Virus record (IMG/VR): IMGVR_UViG_3300030328_002122
Span: 64,001-128,000 of that record
DNA: 64,000 nucleotides
From: a virus
Strand: one strand, 5' to 3'
The notes under the pieces are model-generated. The model ran no database searches. It was not told the origin of the DNA and saw only the letters and a program-made list of their open reading frames with translations. Each line of letters opens with the position of its first letter. Within the stretch, counting starts at the first letter, position 1. Of the stretch, positions 49,572 through 57,691 are shown in pieces. The translations under genes were made by a program, and so were the position numbers.

Positions 49572-49660
49572 ATGTGTCGTGGGATTGTTAGTCCTCTCTC
49601 TCTCACTCTCAAAAATCTAATAACCCACGACAACTGAAAACCCTCTTATGAGGGTTTTTT
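49572..49660 (+). ncRNA. Candidate sRNA: 16-bp hairpin with a 25-nt CU-rich loop plus terminator
   Basis: Promoter TTGACA (49538), 17 nt, TGnTAGTCT. Stems tgtcgtggg/cccacgaca and ttgttag/ctaataa; terminator aaaaccctc-ttat-gagggtttttt. Confidence 0.65.
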
Positions 49661-49680
49661 GTTTTGATAACAAAAAAGTG

Positions 49681-49735
49681 TTGACAAATAAAACGAATCA
49701 GTATATACTGTAAGTATAGTTAACAAAAGAGGGAG
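49681..49735 (+). promoter_or_regulatory. Early promoter, copy 1 (duplicated at 49917)
   Basis: TTGACAaataaaacgaatcagta-TATACT...gtatagttaa...GA-rich RBS. Confidence 0.75.
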
Positions 49736-49914
49736 ATTAAAACCAATGACATGGGTATAACGAGGGTAACAGAGTGGGTTACAAGTTTGGTAAACTCAAG
49801 GGCCTAATACTCTTAAAGAAGTTACTGCATCAAGGGTGGGTGTCCGAAGCTTGATGACAACTGACAAGGACTCAAGAGGGAACTGAAACAATAGTCGAGT
49901 TCCCTCTTTTTTTT
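49716..49914 (+). ncRNA. Candidate structured RNA or minigene transcript
   Basis: Bounded by a promoter and the terminator aagagggaact/agttccctctttt. More GC-rich than flanks, several stems, only very short ORFs. Confidence 0.45.
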
Positions 49915-49916
49915 AC

Positions 49917-49970
49917 TTGACAAATAAAACGAATCAGTGTATAATATAGGTATAGTTAATAAGAGAGAGA
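49917..49970 (+). promoter_or_regulatory. Early promoter, copy 2
   Basis: TTGACAaataaaacgaatcagtg-TATAAT; first 22 nt identical to copy 1. Confidence 0.8.
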
Positions 49971-50161
49971 TGTATAAAATGGATATTGCAGTTTTACAAG
50001 ACAACATGATTTTCTTTACTGATTTGTTAAATAAATTAGAAAAGAAGAAAAAGAAAACGCCTGGAAATGGTTTTGCAATAATGAAATGCAAAGAAAAGAT
50101 TGCAGAAATTAATCTTATCTTTGATAAAATTAATTATAATTCACAAATTACATACGACTAA
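49970..50161 (+). CDS. Hypothetical early protein
   Basis: Follows the early promoter and AGAGAGAG RBS; start could instead be the next in-frame ATG at 49979. Confidence 0.6.
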   Translation: MYKMDIAVLQDNMIFFTDLLNKLEKKKKKTPGNGFAIMKCKEKIAEINLIFDKINYNSQITYD

Positions 50162-50583
50162 TGTATATAGAATTTTCAAAAACAAATAAGAAACAACAAC
50201 GAATCATTGAGGATGCTCTCTGGTTCGCAAAGGCATATCTATTACCTAAACATAAGATTGATGAGATTCATGTTGAGTCTGTAAAAAAATGGAATTATAG
50301 AGATGGTGATTGTTATGATACAGATGATAGATCCTATCATATAAGAGTTAGAAAGAATATGTCAGAAGATGTTTTGATTAAAACAATCTTTCATGAATTT
50401 GCTCATATTAAACAATCAATCAAAAAAGAATTTGGTGATATTTTTGGAATTTTGAGTGATGATGCATCATGGATTTCTTATGATGATAGACCTTATGAAA
50501 TGGATGCTTTTAAATTAGAAAATGAAATGTTCGATAAGTATGCTAAAGATGGAAAATTTAAATTTTCTATAGATGATATCTAG
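50161..50583 (+). CDS. HExxH zinc metallopeptidase-like protein
   Basis: TIFHEFAHIKQ...RPYE.DA. Confidence 0.7.
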   Translation: MYIEFSKTNKKQQRIIEDALWFAKAYLLPKHKIDEIHVESVKKWNYRDGDCYDTDDRSYHIRVRKNMSEDVLIKTIFHEFAHIKQSIKKEFGDIFGILSDDASWISYDDRPYEMDAFKLENEMFDKYAKDGKFKFSIDDI

Positions 50584-50594
50584 AGGAGAGAGTT

Positions 50595-50798
50595 ATGGGA
50601 ATGTCAAGTTACGTATTAGATTTTGAAGAAAAATTTTGGGATTATGCTCACGAAATTGTTGGTGAATGTGAATGTTATAAAGAATTTTATAATAAAATGT
50701 TTAAATTTGATGATATTACTACAACCTATTCTATTATAACATGGCCGCACAATGAATTAAATATGTTTTGGGATGAATTTTGGGTTGGAAAACAATAA
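50595..50798 (+). CDS. Hypothetical protein
   Basis: SD gaggag. Confidence 0.55.
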   Translation: MGMSSYVLDFEEKFWDYAHEIVGECECYKEFYNKMFKFDDITTTYSIITWPHNELNMFWDEFWVGKQ

Positions 50799-50807
50799 AT
50801 ACTTGTA

Positions 50808-51242
50808 ATGTTACTTCAAACTGCACTAATATGTATGGCTATGAATGTATATCACGAAGCACGTTCAGAACCTATTGTTGGACAAATTGCTGTCGCACAA
50901 GTTGTTATCAATCGTGTAAATGATAAACGATTTCCAGATACAATTTGTGGAGTTGTTAAGCAAGCAGTTTTAGATAGTAATGGTTTACCTAAAAAAAATA
51001 TGTGTCATTTTAGTTGGTACTGTGATGGTGCAGACGATATGCCGAATACAGAAAGTAAATCATGGGAAACTTCTTTGATGGTTGCAAAGACAGTAATATC
51101 TGGAAAGACAGAAGAACTTGTAAGTAATGCAACACATTATCATGCAACTTCTGTTTTTCCATATTGGGCTAAGAATAAAAAATATAAAAGAATTGCAAAG
51201 ATTGATAGTCATATATTTTATAGATGGGAGAACAGAAAATGA
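50808..51242 (+). CDS. Cell wall hydrolase, SleB/Hydrolase_2 family
   Basis: CMAMNVYHEARSE...GQIAVAQV..NRV...FP.TIC.VV.Q, C.FSWYCDG, ATHYHA and HIFY. Confidence 0.92.
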   Translation: MLLQTALICMAMNVYHEARSEPIVGQIAVAQVVINRVNDKRFPDTICGVVKQAVLDSNGLPKKNMCHFSWYCDGADDMPNTESKSWETSLMVAKTVISGKTEELVSNATHYHATSVFPYWAKNKKYKRIAKIDSHIFYRWENRK

Positions 51243-51400
51243 AGTTTGATGAGCGGATATCTTTAAGACAAGAAAATGCAGAATTGAGGCAAGAAATAAA
51301 AATGTTAAAAGAAGAAATTGCATCAATGAATAAGGAAAAATACGGACTCCTAAATAGAATAAAAGAGTTAAGTGATTTAAGAGAAGCGATAATTAGATAA
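51239..51400 (+). CDS. 53-aa coiled-coil protein, not in the ORF track
   Basis: MKFDERISLRQENAELRQEIKMLKEE...; overlaps both neighbours (ATGA, TAATG). Confidence 0.6.
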   Translation: MKFDERISLRQENAELRQEIKMLKEEIASMNKEKYGLLNRIKELSDLREAIIR

Positions 51401-51711
51401 TGCCTACATTTAGATTTATGAATAATGAAACTGGCGAACAGTTTGATGACTTTTTGTCAAATTCTAAAAGAGAAGATCTTTTAGAAAAAAATCCACACAT
51501 AACACAAGTACCTACGCCATTTGCAATTGTATCTACAGTTGCAACGACAGTAGATAGTAAAACTGATGATGGTTTTAAAGAAGTGTTACAGAAGATTGGT
51601 GAAAATCACCCAGGCAGTGAAATAGACGAAAGATACAATAGAAGAAGTGTAAAACAATCACAGACAAAACGAGTGATTGATAAACACAGAAGTAAATGGA
51701 AAGTTAGTTAA
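51400..51711 (+). CDS. Conserved T4-like hypothetical protein (FmdB-like N-terminus without Cys)
   Basis: MPTF.F.N.ETGE.F and GFKEVL.KI...HPGS. Confidence 0.65.
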   Translation: MPTFRFMNNETGEQFDDFLSNSKREDLLEKNPHITQVPTPFAIVSTVATTVDSKTDDGFKEVLQKIGENHPGSEIDERYNRRSVKQSQTKRVIDKHRSKWKVS

Positions 51712-52418
51712 TGGCTAAAGCAAAAGATATTAGAATTGATGATATGATTTCTGTATCGCCAGTTGGTGATAATCAAAAGAAAGTATTTGAACATTATAAA
51801 AAAGGAAAGAATATGTTTCTCTATGGTGCAGCTGGTACAGGAAAAACATTTATTTCTTTATATCTTGCATTACAGGAATGTCTAAGAAATGATACTAAGT
51901 ATGATACAGTTTATCTAGTTCGTAGTGCAGTTCCTACAAGAGAAATAGGTTTTTTACCAGGCGATGAAGAAGATAAAACTGCGTTGTTTCAAGTACCATA
52001 TCAGAATATGGTGAGGTTTATATTCTCACAACCAAATGAACACGCATTTTCTTTATTGTATGATAGATTAAAAGGTCAACAAAGTTTGATGTTTCTGACT
52101 ACATCTTTTCTACGAGGTATAACATTAGATAATGCAATTATTATTGTAGATGAGTGCCAGAACCTAAATTTTCACGAGCTAGACACTATTATGACAAGAG
52201 TTGGACAAGATAGTAAGATAATGTTCTGTGGTGATTTCTTTCAGACAGATTTACAAAAACCTTCAGAGAAAGAAGGATTAAAATACTTTATGTCCATCAT
52301 ATCTAAAATGAGTAGTTTTTCTACAGTAGAATTTAACTTAGGGGATATAGTTCGTTCTGGTCTAGTAAAAGAATATCTTATTAGTAAGATTAAAACAGGC
52401 CAGGAAAAAAATGAGTGA
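51711..52418 (+). CDS. phoH: PhoH-family ATPase
   Basis: GAAGTGKT, IGFLPG, FLRG.T, DECQN, TRVG and GD..Q.DL. Confidence 0.95.
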   Translation: MAKAKDIRIDDMISVSPVGDNQKKVFEHYKKGKNMFLYGAAGTGKTFISLYLALQECLRNDTKYDTVYLVRSAVPTREIGFLPGDEEDKTALFQVPYQNMVRFIFSQPNEHAFSLLYDRLKGQQSLMFLTTSFLRGITLDNAIIIVDECQNLNFHELDTIMTRVGQDSKIMFCGDFFQTDLQKPSEKEGLKYFMSIISKMSSFSTVEFNLGDIVRSGLVKEYLISKIKTGQEKNE

Positions 52419-52548
52419 TGAGGATATAAAAGATTTTATTGATTATTTTGGAGAAGATAATATACCATCGCCAGAAAATTATCCAAGAAAATTTGCATGG
52501 TTAATGAGGTGGTACAAAGTAGTGGTAAGGAATAGAGAAAATGGGTAA
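52411..52548 (+). CDS. 45-aa hypothetical protein, not in the ORF track
   Basis: MSDEDIKDFIDYFGEDNIPSPENYPRKFAWLMRWY...; fills the gap exactly. Confidence 0.55.
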   Translation: MSDEDIKDFIDYFGEDNIPSPENYPRKFAWLMRWYKVVVRNRENG

Positions 52549-52801
52549 AAAGAAAAAAAGAGATAAACAAACTTCTAAAGGTGAAAGACGAAGTGTTTCT
52601 AAAAGTATTACCAAGTCTTTACGTATAGATTTTATAGAATCTGGTCAGAGGGTGGTACGCCAAGCAGAAGCTTTTCGTAAGGGTAAAAAGGTTATGGTAA
52701 CAATGCCTAACCCTAATAAATCTGAAACAAATAGACCTTTTATTCGTGTACCAGCTACAGAAGTTTGGAAAAGAATTTCTTTAAAACCATTGACAATGTA
52801 A
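52541..52801 (+). CDS. Basic hypothetical protein
   Basis: SKGERRSV and NPNK.ETNRPFIRV. Confidence 0.6.
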   Translation: MGKKKKRDKQTSKGERRSVSKSITKSLRIDFIESGQRVVRQAEAFRKGKKVMVTMPNPNKSETNRPFIRVPATEVWKRISLKPLTM

Positions 52802-52848
52802 GTTATATTTGATATATTGATTTAAATTAATTATAGAATGGAAATATT

Positions 52849-53559
52849 ATGTTTATACACGAGTCGGTAGATATACCAGAGGTATCTACAAAAAACGTCA
52901 ATCGAAAAAGATTTTATGTGACACCAGAAGGTGGATTATATCCATCTATTACTACAGTACTTTCTCTTAGAAAGAAACAAGGTCTTTCAGAATGGAGAAA
53001 ACGAGTCGGTGATGATGTTGCAAATTATATTGCAAGAACGGCTGCAAATCGTGGAACGAAAGTTCACCAGATGTGTGAGGATTTTCTAAACAATAAAGAA
53101 GTAACTAAAGACAATAGAGATTTTTTACCATATTGTTTATTCACACAAATCAAAGATGTTATCAAAACAAATATAAATAATATATATGCACAAGAATGTG
53201 GATTATGGAGTGATAAATACAAAGTTGCAGGCCGAGTAGATTGCATTGCAGAGTATAACAACATTCCATCTATAATTGATTTTAAAACTTCCAAATCAGA
53301 AAGAAAAGATGATTGGAACTTAGAGTATTATATACAAGCATCTGCATATGCAGAGATGTTTGAGGAAAGAACAGGAAAACCAATAGAGCAAATTGTTATT
53401 CTTGTGGTTACAGAAGATGGTCATGTTCAAGAGTTTATTAGAAAGAAACATGAGTATTTACCTATGCTTGTTGAAGTTATTGATGAATTTGTAATGCAAT
53501 GGGAAAGAGAAGAAAATGCAAAAAATAATTCTAATAATAACATTTCTGTTAACGCTTAA
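52849..53559 (+). CDS. PD-(D/E)xK exonuclease (Cas4/RecB-like)
   Basis: YPSITTVL, RGT.VH, AGRVDCIAEY, IIDFKTS and Y..Q..AYA. Confidence 0.88.
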   Translation: MFIHESVDIPEVSTKNVNRKRFYVTPEGGLYPSITTVLSLRKKQGLSEWRKRVGDDVANYIARTAANRGTKVHQMCEDFLNNKEVTKDNRDFLPYCLFTQIKDVIKTNINNIYAQECGLWSDKYKVAGRVDCIAEYNNIPSIIDFKTSKSERKDDWNLEYYIQASAYAEMFEERTGKPIEQIVILVVTEDGHVQEFIRKKHEYLPMLVEVIDEFVMQWEREENAKNNSNNNISVNA

Positions 53560-53872
53560 TATCTATAGTGTAAATGCACAACCCACTACTGGTTGGGTAA
53601 TGAAACCAACTCAATGTGGTAATGCAGATGTTGTTATAGAAGGTCTGAAATCAGCAGGAGAAGATCCTTTTGTTTGGATGAATGGTCGTTCTATGAGTGT
53701 AGAAGGTATATTTCTAGATACCAGATTTGTTTTAGCTATGAACACAAAAACACTTGATTGGACTCTTTTAGAGTTTACTAGAGATAATAAATTTGCGTGT
53801 GTACTAGGATCTGGTAATGGAACAATTAATATGAATACAGAAATAAATAAGAAAAAAGGTGTTGACTTATAA
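53516..53872 (+). CDS. Secreted/periplasmic hypothetical protein
   Basis: Signal peptide; KP.QC...C.LG.G. Confidence 0.6.
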   Translation: MQKIILIITFLLTLNIYSVNAQPTTGWVMKPTQCGNADVVIEGLKSAGEDPFVWMNGRSMSVEGIFLDTRFVLAMNTKTLDWTLLEFTRDNKFACVLGSGNGTINMNTEINKKKGVDL

Positions 53873-53892
53873 TATTCTATATGTTATAAATA
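53862..53892 (+). promoter_or_regulatory. Hybrid sigma70/late promoter for tmRNA
   Basis: TTGACT, 17 nt, TGn-TATAAATA. Confidence 0.75.
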
Positions 53893-53896
53893 AGGT

Positions 53897-54237
53897 ACAG
53901 TTTGTTGATACGAATTGATGTTTGGATAGGACTTGGGGGCAGTACCCAACGCCTCCACCATAGACACACTAGGTTTTGGTATATCAATTGATATATAACC
54001 ATACCTTTGTACACAATGGTTAACATCATCTGATCGGAAGGTAGGATCAGCTAGTGTGTCTTTGATGGGGGCGAAATAGGATCGACTAACAAATGAATAT
54101 GAGAGTAGAACTGTCGCATGACCTCGTTATCGGTCAAAACAAATAAGTGCAAACAATAATTTTGCGCCTGTAGATTTCGCCATAGCGGCTTAATCGTACT
54201 GAGTTTTGGTGGTGTACTTGGAAACAGAAACACCACT
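53897..54237 (+). ncRNA. ssrA: Circularly permuted (two-piece) tmRNA, alphaproteobacterial type; tag (A)ANNNFAPVDFAIAA
   Basis: Acceptor piece GACTTGGGGGCAGTACCCAACGCCTCCACCA ends at 53960, followed by an intervening hairpin. Coding piece starts GGGGGCGAAATAGGATCGAC at 54067 with a G3.U pair. Tag ORF 54149-54193. Outer ends approximate. Confidence 0.93.
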
Positions 54238-54327
54238 ACATGAATAGGGTCACTACTTAATAGGTGCGTGTGGAGTCATGGTTAACTCCATTTCAACAAA
54301 ACACAACATGACAATAAAGGAGTCTTT

Positions 54328-54564
54328 GTGATGAATCTAGAAGAAGTTGTAAAAATTACACCAAAGAAATTTGCATTACAGATTGAAGAAATCGTTAAAT
54401 GTGGTGGTGTAACTTATATGGATGCTATTCTAGATTATTGCGAAAAGAATAATATGGAGCCAGATACAGTTGCTCCATTGATTTCTAAACCTCTGAAAGA
54501 GAAGTTAGAGGCAGATGCAAGGGAATTAAACTTTTTACCAAGAGTTGCAACATTACCTATTTAA
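54328..54564 (+). CDS. 33: Late transcription coactivator gp33
   Basis: F...IE.IV....TYMDAI..YCE.N..E...V..LISKPLKEKL..A..LNFL; adjacent to gene 59. Confidence 0.9.
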   Translation: MMNLEEVVKITPKKFALQIEEIVKCGGVTYMDAILDYCEKNNMEPDTVAPLISKPLKEKLEADARELNFLPRVATLPI

Positions 54565-54566
54565 TT

Positions 54567-55142
54567 ATGGAATCGTGGGAAGCCTATCAGATGTATCTAG
54601 GTCTTAAATTACACTTTACAAGTGACTATGATTACAGACGATATGGTGGTAAAACATCTGCCTCTAAATCATCTTTCTTGAAAAGAAAAGACAGGAATTT
54701 CTTTTCAAGAGTTGTAAGAAAATATGAAGGTAAAGAATTAGATTTTTTTATATCTAATTTTATTAAGCAACCGAAAGGTTATATTGGAGATTTTAAGGAA
54801 GAAAATTTTATAGAGTGGTCTAAAAATCAACAATCGTTGACATATAACTTTATTAAAGATATGTCACATTTAGTTTCTCAAGAAAGTTTTGATAACATAT
54901 TTAAATGCGAGTCTGGTAAACATCCAACTCTTGTCAAATCTTATCTTGCAAAAAGAATTAGTTTAGAAACTATGGTGATATTACAAAGTTTAGTCAACTA
55001 CATGGAACAGTTTAATAGGGATTTAAAACAAGACTTAATATGGCCAGACATAAGAAGAATGGTTACGAAATATAGTTCGTTTTTATCTTTTGATAAACAT
55101 AAATGCAAAATAAAACTTCTAGAATTACTAAAGGAGATATGA
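54567..55142 (+). CDS. 59: Helicase loader gp59
   Basis: Y..YL.LKLHFT..YDY..Y.GK, F.KRKDR.FF and ISLET. Confidence 0.9.
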   Translation: MESWEAYQMYLGLKLHFTSDYDYRRYGGKTSASKSSFLKRKDRNFFSRVVRKYEGKELDFFISNFIKQPKGYIGDFKEENFIEWSKNQQSLTYNFIKDMSHLVSQESFDNIFKCESGKHPTLVKSYLAKRISLETMVILQSLVNYMEQFNRDLKQDLIWPDIRRMVTKYSSFLSFDKHKCKIKLLELLKEI

Positions 55143-55351
55143 TCGTGGAAAAAGAAATGCACTCTAATAATAAAAGTAAACTTGTTAGAGAAAGAGATTT
55201 TTATCGTGCTAAAATGAGTGAATTAAAAAATAAGATAAAAGCTCTTGAATATGATAATGCAGAATTAATTAAACGTGATCAAGTTTTATCTAAGAGAATG
55301 GAAGAAATAACTTCCTTGAGATCACTTAAACAAAAGAAAAGGGTTAATTGA
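55103..55351 (+). CDS. Coiled-coil hypothetical protein (start likely 55139)
   Basis: SD aaggag before ATG 55139. Confidence 0.55.
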   Translation: MQNKTSRITKGDMIVEKEMHSNNKSKLVRERDFYRAKMSELKNKIKALEYDNAELIKRDQVLSKRMEEITSLRSLKQKKRVN

Positions 55352-55361
55352 GGATTTATAA

Positions 55362-55559
55362 ATGGATAAATTATTTGTACTTGTAGTTTCATTATGGGGT
55401 AATAATGGATCTGATTGGGTTTATATAGGCAATCAATATGTTCTAAATGAACCTATGCCTAAAGAAAGATGTATTGAAATGGCCGATTTAGATAATTGGT
55501 CGTGGTGGGAAACCAACGAATATTACACAGTACAGTTAAGTTGTGAAGAGGCGAAATAA
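55362..55559 (+). CDS. Hypothetical protein
   Basis: SD gagga. Confidence 0.55.
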   Translation: MDKLFVLVVSLWGNNGSDWVYIGNQYVLNEPMPKERCIEMADLDNWSWWETNEYYTVQLSCEEAK

Positions 55560-55562
55560 AGT

Positions 55563-56303
55563 ATGGTGACCAAAATACAAGGAATAAATAACTTGACACC
55601 AAACGCAAAATTAGTGTCGTATTCGACACCAACTAAAAATTTTTCAGAGGAAGGATTGAAAGATGTACAAGATCTCATTTCGTACTGTGCTCGTGTTTCC
55701 AATCCATCAAACCAATTTAACAAAGCGACAGCGCAAAAACTTATCATATATCTCATTAAACACAAACACTGGTCGCCATTGGAGATGGCTAGCGCTTGCA
55801 TAGAGATAGAAACTACAAGAGATATCGCACACCAAATTGTAAGACATAGAAGTTTTTCATTTCAAGAGTTTAGTCAAAGATATGCAAATCCAGATGAGAT
55901 GGGTGATGCATTTACTATACGTGAGTGTAGATTACAAGACAGTACTAATAGACAAAATTCTATAGAAATAGAAAATGATCCATCATTACAATTGGATCAA
56001 TCAAGACAAGAACTTATAACCGAATGGCAACGCAGACAACATGGTATTATTAACCAATCTAAAGAAGTTTATGATTGGGCTATAAAAAATGGTATTGCAA
56101 AAGAACAAGCTCGTGTAGTATTACCAGAGGGTTTAACTAAGAGTAGAATACTTATGAATGGAACACTAAGATCATGGGTACATTATATAGAGTTAAGAAC
56201 TGCAAAGGGTACACAGAAAGAACATATGCAAATTGCAGAAGGTTGTGCAATTGAAATTTCAAAAATATTTCCAATGATGGAGAATTTAAATGGAAAGAGA
56301 TGA
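55563..56303 (+). CDS. thyX: Flavin-dependent thymidylate synthase
   Basis: H.SPLE, the RHRx7S signature RHRSFSFQEFSQRY, AKEQAR.VLP and TQKEH. Confidence 0.96.
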   Translation: MVTKIQGINNLTPNAKLVSYSTPTKNFSEEGLKDVQDLISYCARVSNPSNQFNKATAQKLIIYLIKHKHWSPLEMASACIEIETTRDIAHQIVRHRSFSFQEFSQRYANPDEMGDAFTIRECRLQDSTNRQNSIEIENDPSLQLDQSRQELITEWQRRQHGIINQSKEVYDWAIKNGIAKEQARVVLPEGLTKSRILMNGTLRSWVHYIELRTAKGTQKEHMQIAEGCAIEISKIFPMMENLNGKR

Positions 56304-56628
56304 ATACACTAGACTTAGATTAAGTCTTAAAAAGATCAAAGAAGAAGTTTCGCATATAGAACAAACTATAGAAAATATAAAAATTCGTAAGATAACAGAA
56401 GGATTGACTTATGCAGAATGGGCTGCAAATCAAGCTAAAGAAGAACAAAAAAAGTCAATTCAAGAAGCTCTTGTAGAACACGAAGAAAAAGAGTTTGAAA
56501 AATGGTTTGAGGAAGAACATAATCAAAAATTTGACAAGTTGACTTTTCAACAATCAAAAGATATTGGTATCAAGTTTAGTGGTACATACGAAGATGATAA
56601 ACCACCATTACACGAAAAAGATAACTAA
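56290..56628 (+). CDS. Hypothetical protein
   Basis: Coupled ORF; coiled coil. Confidence 0.55.
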   Translation: MERDEYTRLRLSLKKIKEEVSHIEQTIENIKIRKITEGLTYAEWAANQAKEEQKKSIQEALVEHEEKEFEKWFEEEHNQKFDKLTFQQSKDIGIKFSGTYEDDKPPLHEKDN

Positions 56629-56735
56629 AATATATTGACAATTGATTGTGTAAATGATATAAATAGAGTTATATATTATGAATCAAGTGAAATATTTAAA
56701 CATACGAAAAACATATATTAACATAGGAGAATAAT

Positions 56736-57626
56736 ATGTCTATTTCAGCACTTAGAAACCAGAGTAGTCTGGACAAATTACTTGCACAAGTCCAAAAGGA
56801 CGAAACCCCAACCACAGATAAAAAATCTTATGTAGATGAAAGGCTTTGGAAACCACAAGTTGACAAAGCTGGAAATGGTTATGCAGTTATAAGATTTTTA
56901 CCAGCGTCTAAGGATGAGGAAATGCCTTGGGTTCGTGTTTGGAATCATGCGTTTCAAGGGCCTACTGGTCAATGGTATATAGAGAACTCTCTTACTACTG
57001 TTAATCAGAAAGATCCAGTTTCAGAGTATAACACACAGTTATGGAACTCTGGTGTTGAGAGTGATAAAGAAATCGCTCGTAAACAAAAACGCAAATTACA
57101 ATACTACTCAAACATTTATGTAGTAAGTGATAGTGTAAATCCTAGTAATCAAGGTAAAGTATTTCTTTTCAGATATGGAAAGAAAATATTTGACAAACTT
57201 AGTGAAGCGATGCAGCCTGCATTTGAAGATGAAACTCCTATCAATCCATTTGATTTGTGGGAAGGTGCAAATTTCAAATTGAAAATTCGTAAGGTTGATG
57301 GTTATTGGAACTATGATAAATCAGAATTTGATAAACCATCTAAACTAAACGATAGTGATGATGAGATGGAAAAGATCTGGAATACACAGTATTCATTAAA
57401 AGATTTTAATGCACCATCTAATTTCAAATCTTATGATGAGTTGAAGACTCGTCTTGATGCTGTTCTTACAGGCTCTGTAACTACTGGTAAGTCTGCAGCT
57501 CAAATGGTTGAGGAAGATAGTACAGATTTTAAACCAACATTTAAATCTGAACCAGCTCCAGAAATTGCATCAACAAATGAAGATGATGATGCAATGAACT
57601 ATTTTGAGAAACTTGCTAACGAATAA
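56736..57626 (+). CDS. 32: Single-stranded DNA-binding protein gp32
   Basis: DER.WK..VDKAGNGYAVIRFLP, GKKIFDK, GANFKLK, NYDKSEF and an acidic tail; late promoter at 56658-56665. Confidence 0.97.
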   Translation: MSISALRNQSSLDKLLAQVQKDETPTTDKKSYVDERLWKPQVDKAGNGYAVIRFLPASKDEEMPWVRVWNHAFQGPTGQWYIENSLTTVNQKDPVSEYNTQLWNSGVESDKEIARKQKRKLQYYSNIYVVSDSVNPSNQGKVFLFRYGKKIFDKLSEAMQPAFEDETPINPFDLWEGANFKLKIRKVDGYWNYDKSEFDKPSKLNDSDDEMEKIWNTQYSLKDFNAPSNFKSYDELKTRLDAVLTGSVTTGKSAAQMVEEDSTDFKPTFKSEPAPEIASTNEDDDAMNYFEKLANE

Positions 57627-57657
57627 TTCGTTATCAAAACATTTTATATAATGTGAC

Positions 57658-57691
57658 AAAAAGTCAGAGATATTCTCTCTGACTTTTTTTT
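57658..57691. terminator. Bidirectional-type terminator after gene 32
   Basis: aaaaagtcagaga-tattctc-tctgactttttttt. Confidence 0.8.

Noticed and set aside
52849-53559. CRISPR-Cas (Cas4-like nuclease)
   Set aside because: No repeat-spacer array or other cas genes seen; this is the usual stand-alone exonuclease of T4-like phages.
53929-53960. tRNA gene ending in CCA
   Set aside because: Only a T-arm and acceptor 3' strand with no anticodon arm; explained as the acceptor piece of the permuted tmRNA. No standard tRNA was recognised in the window.
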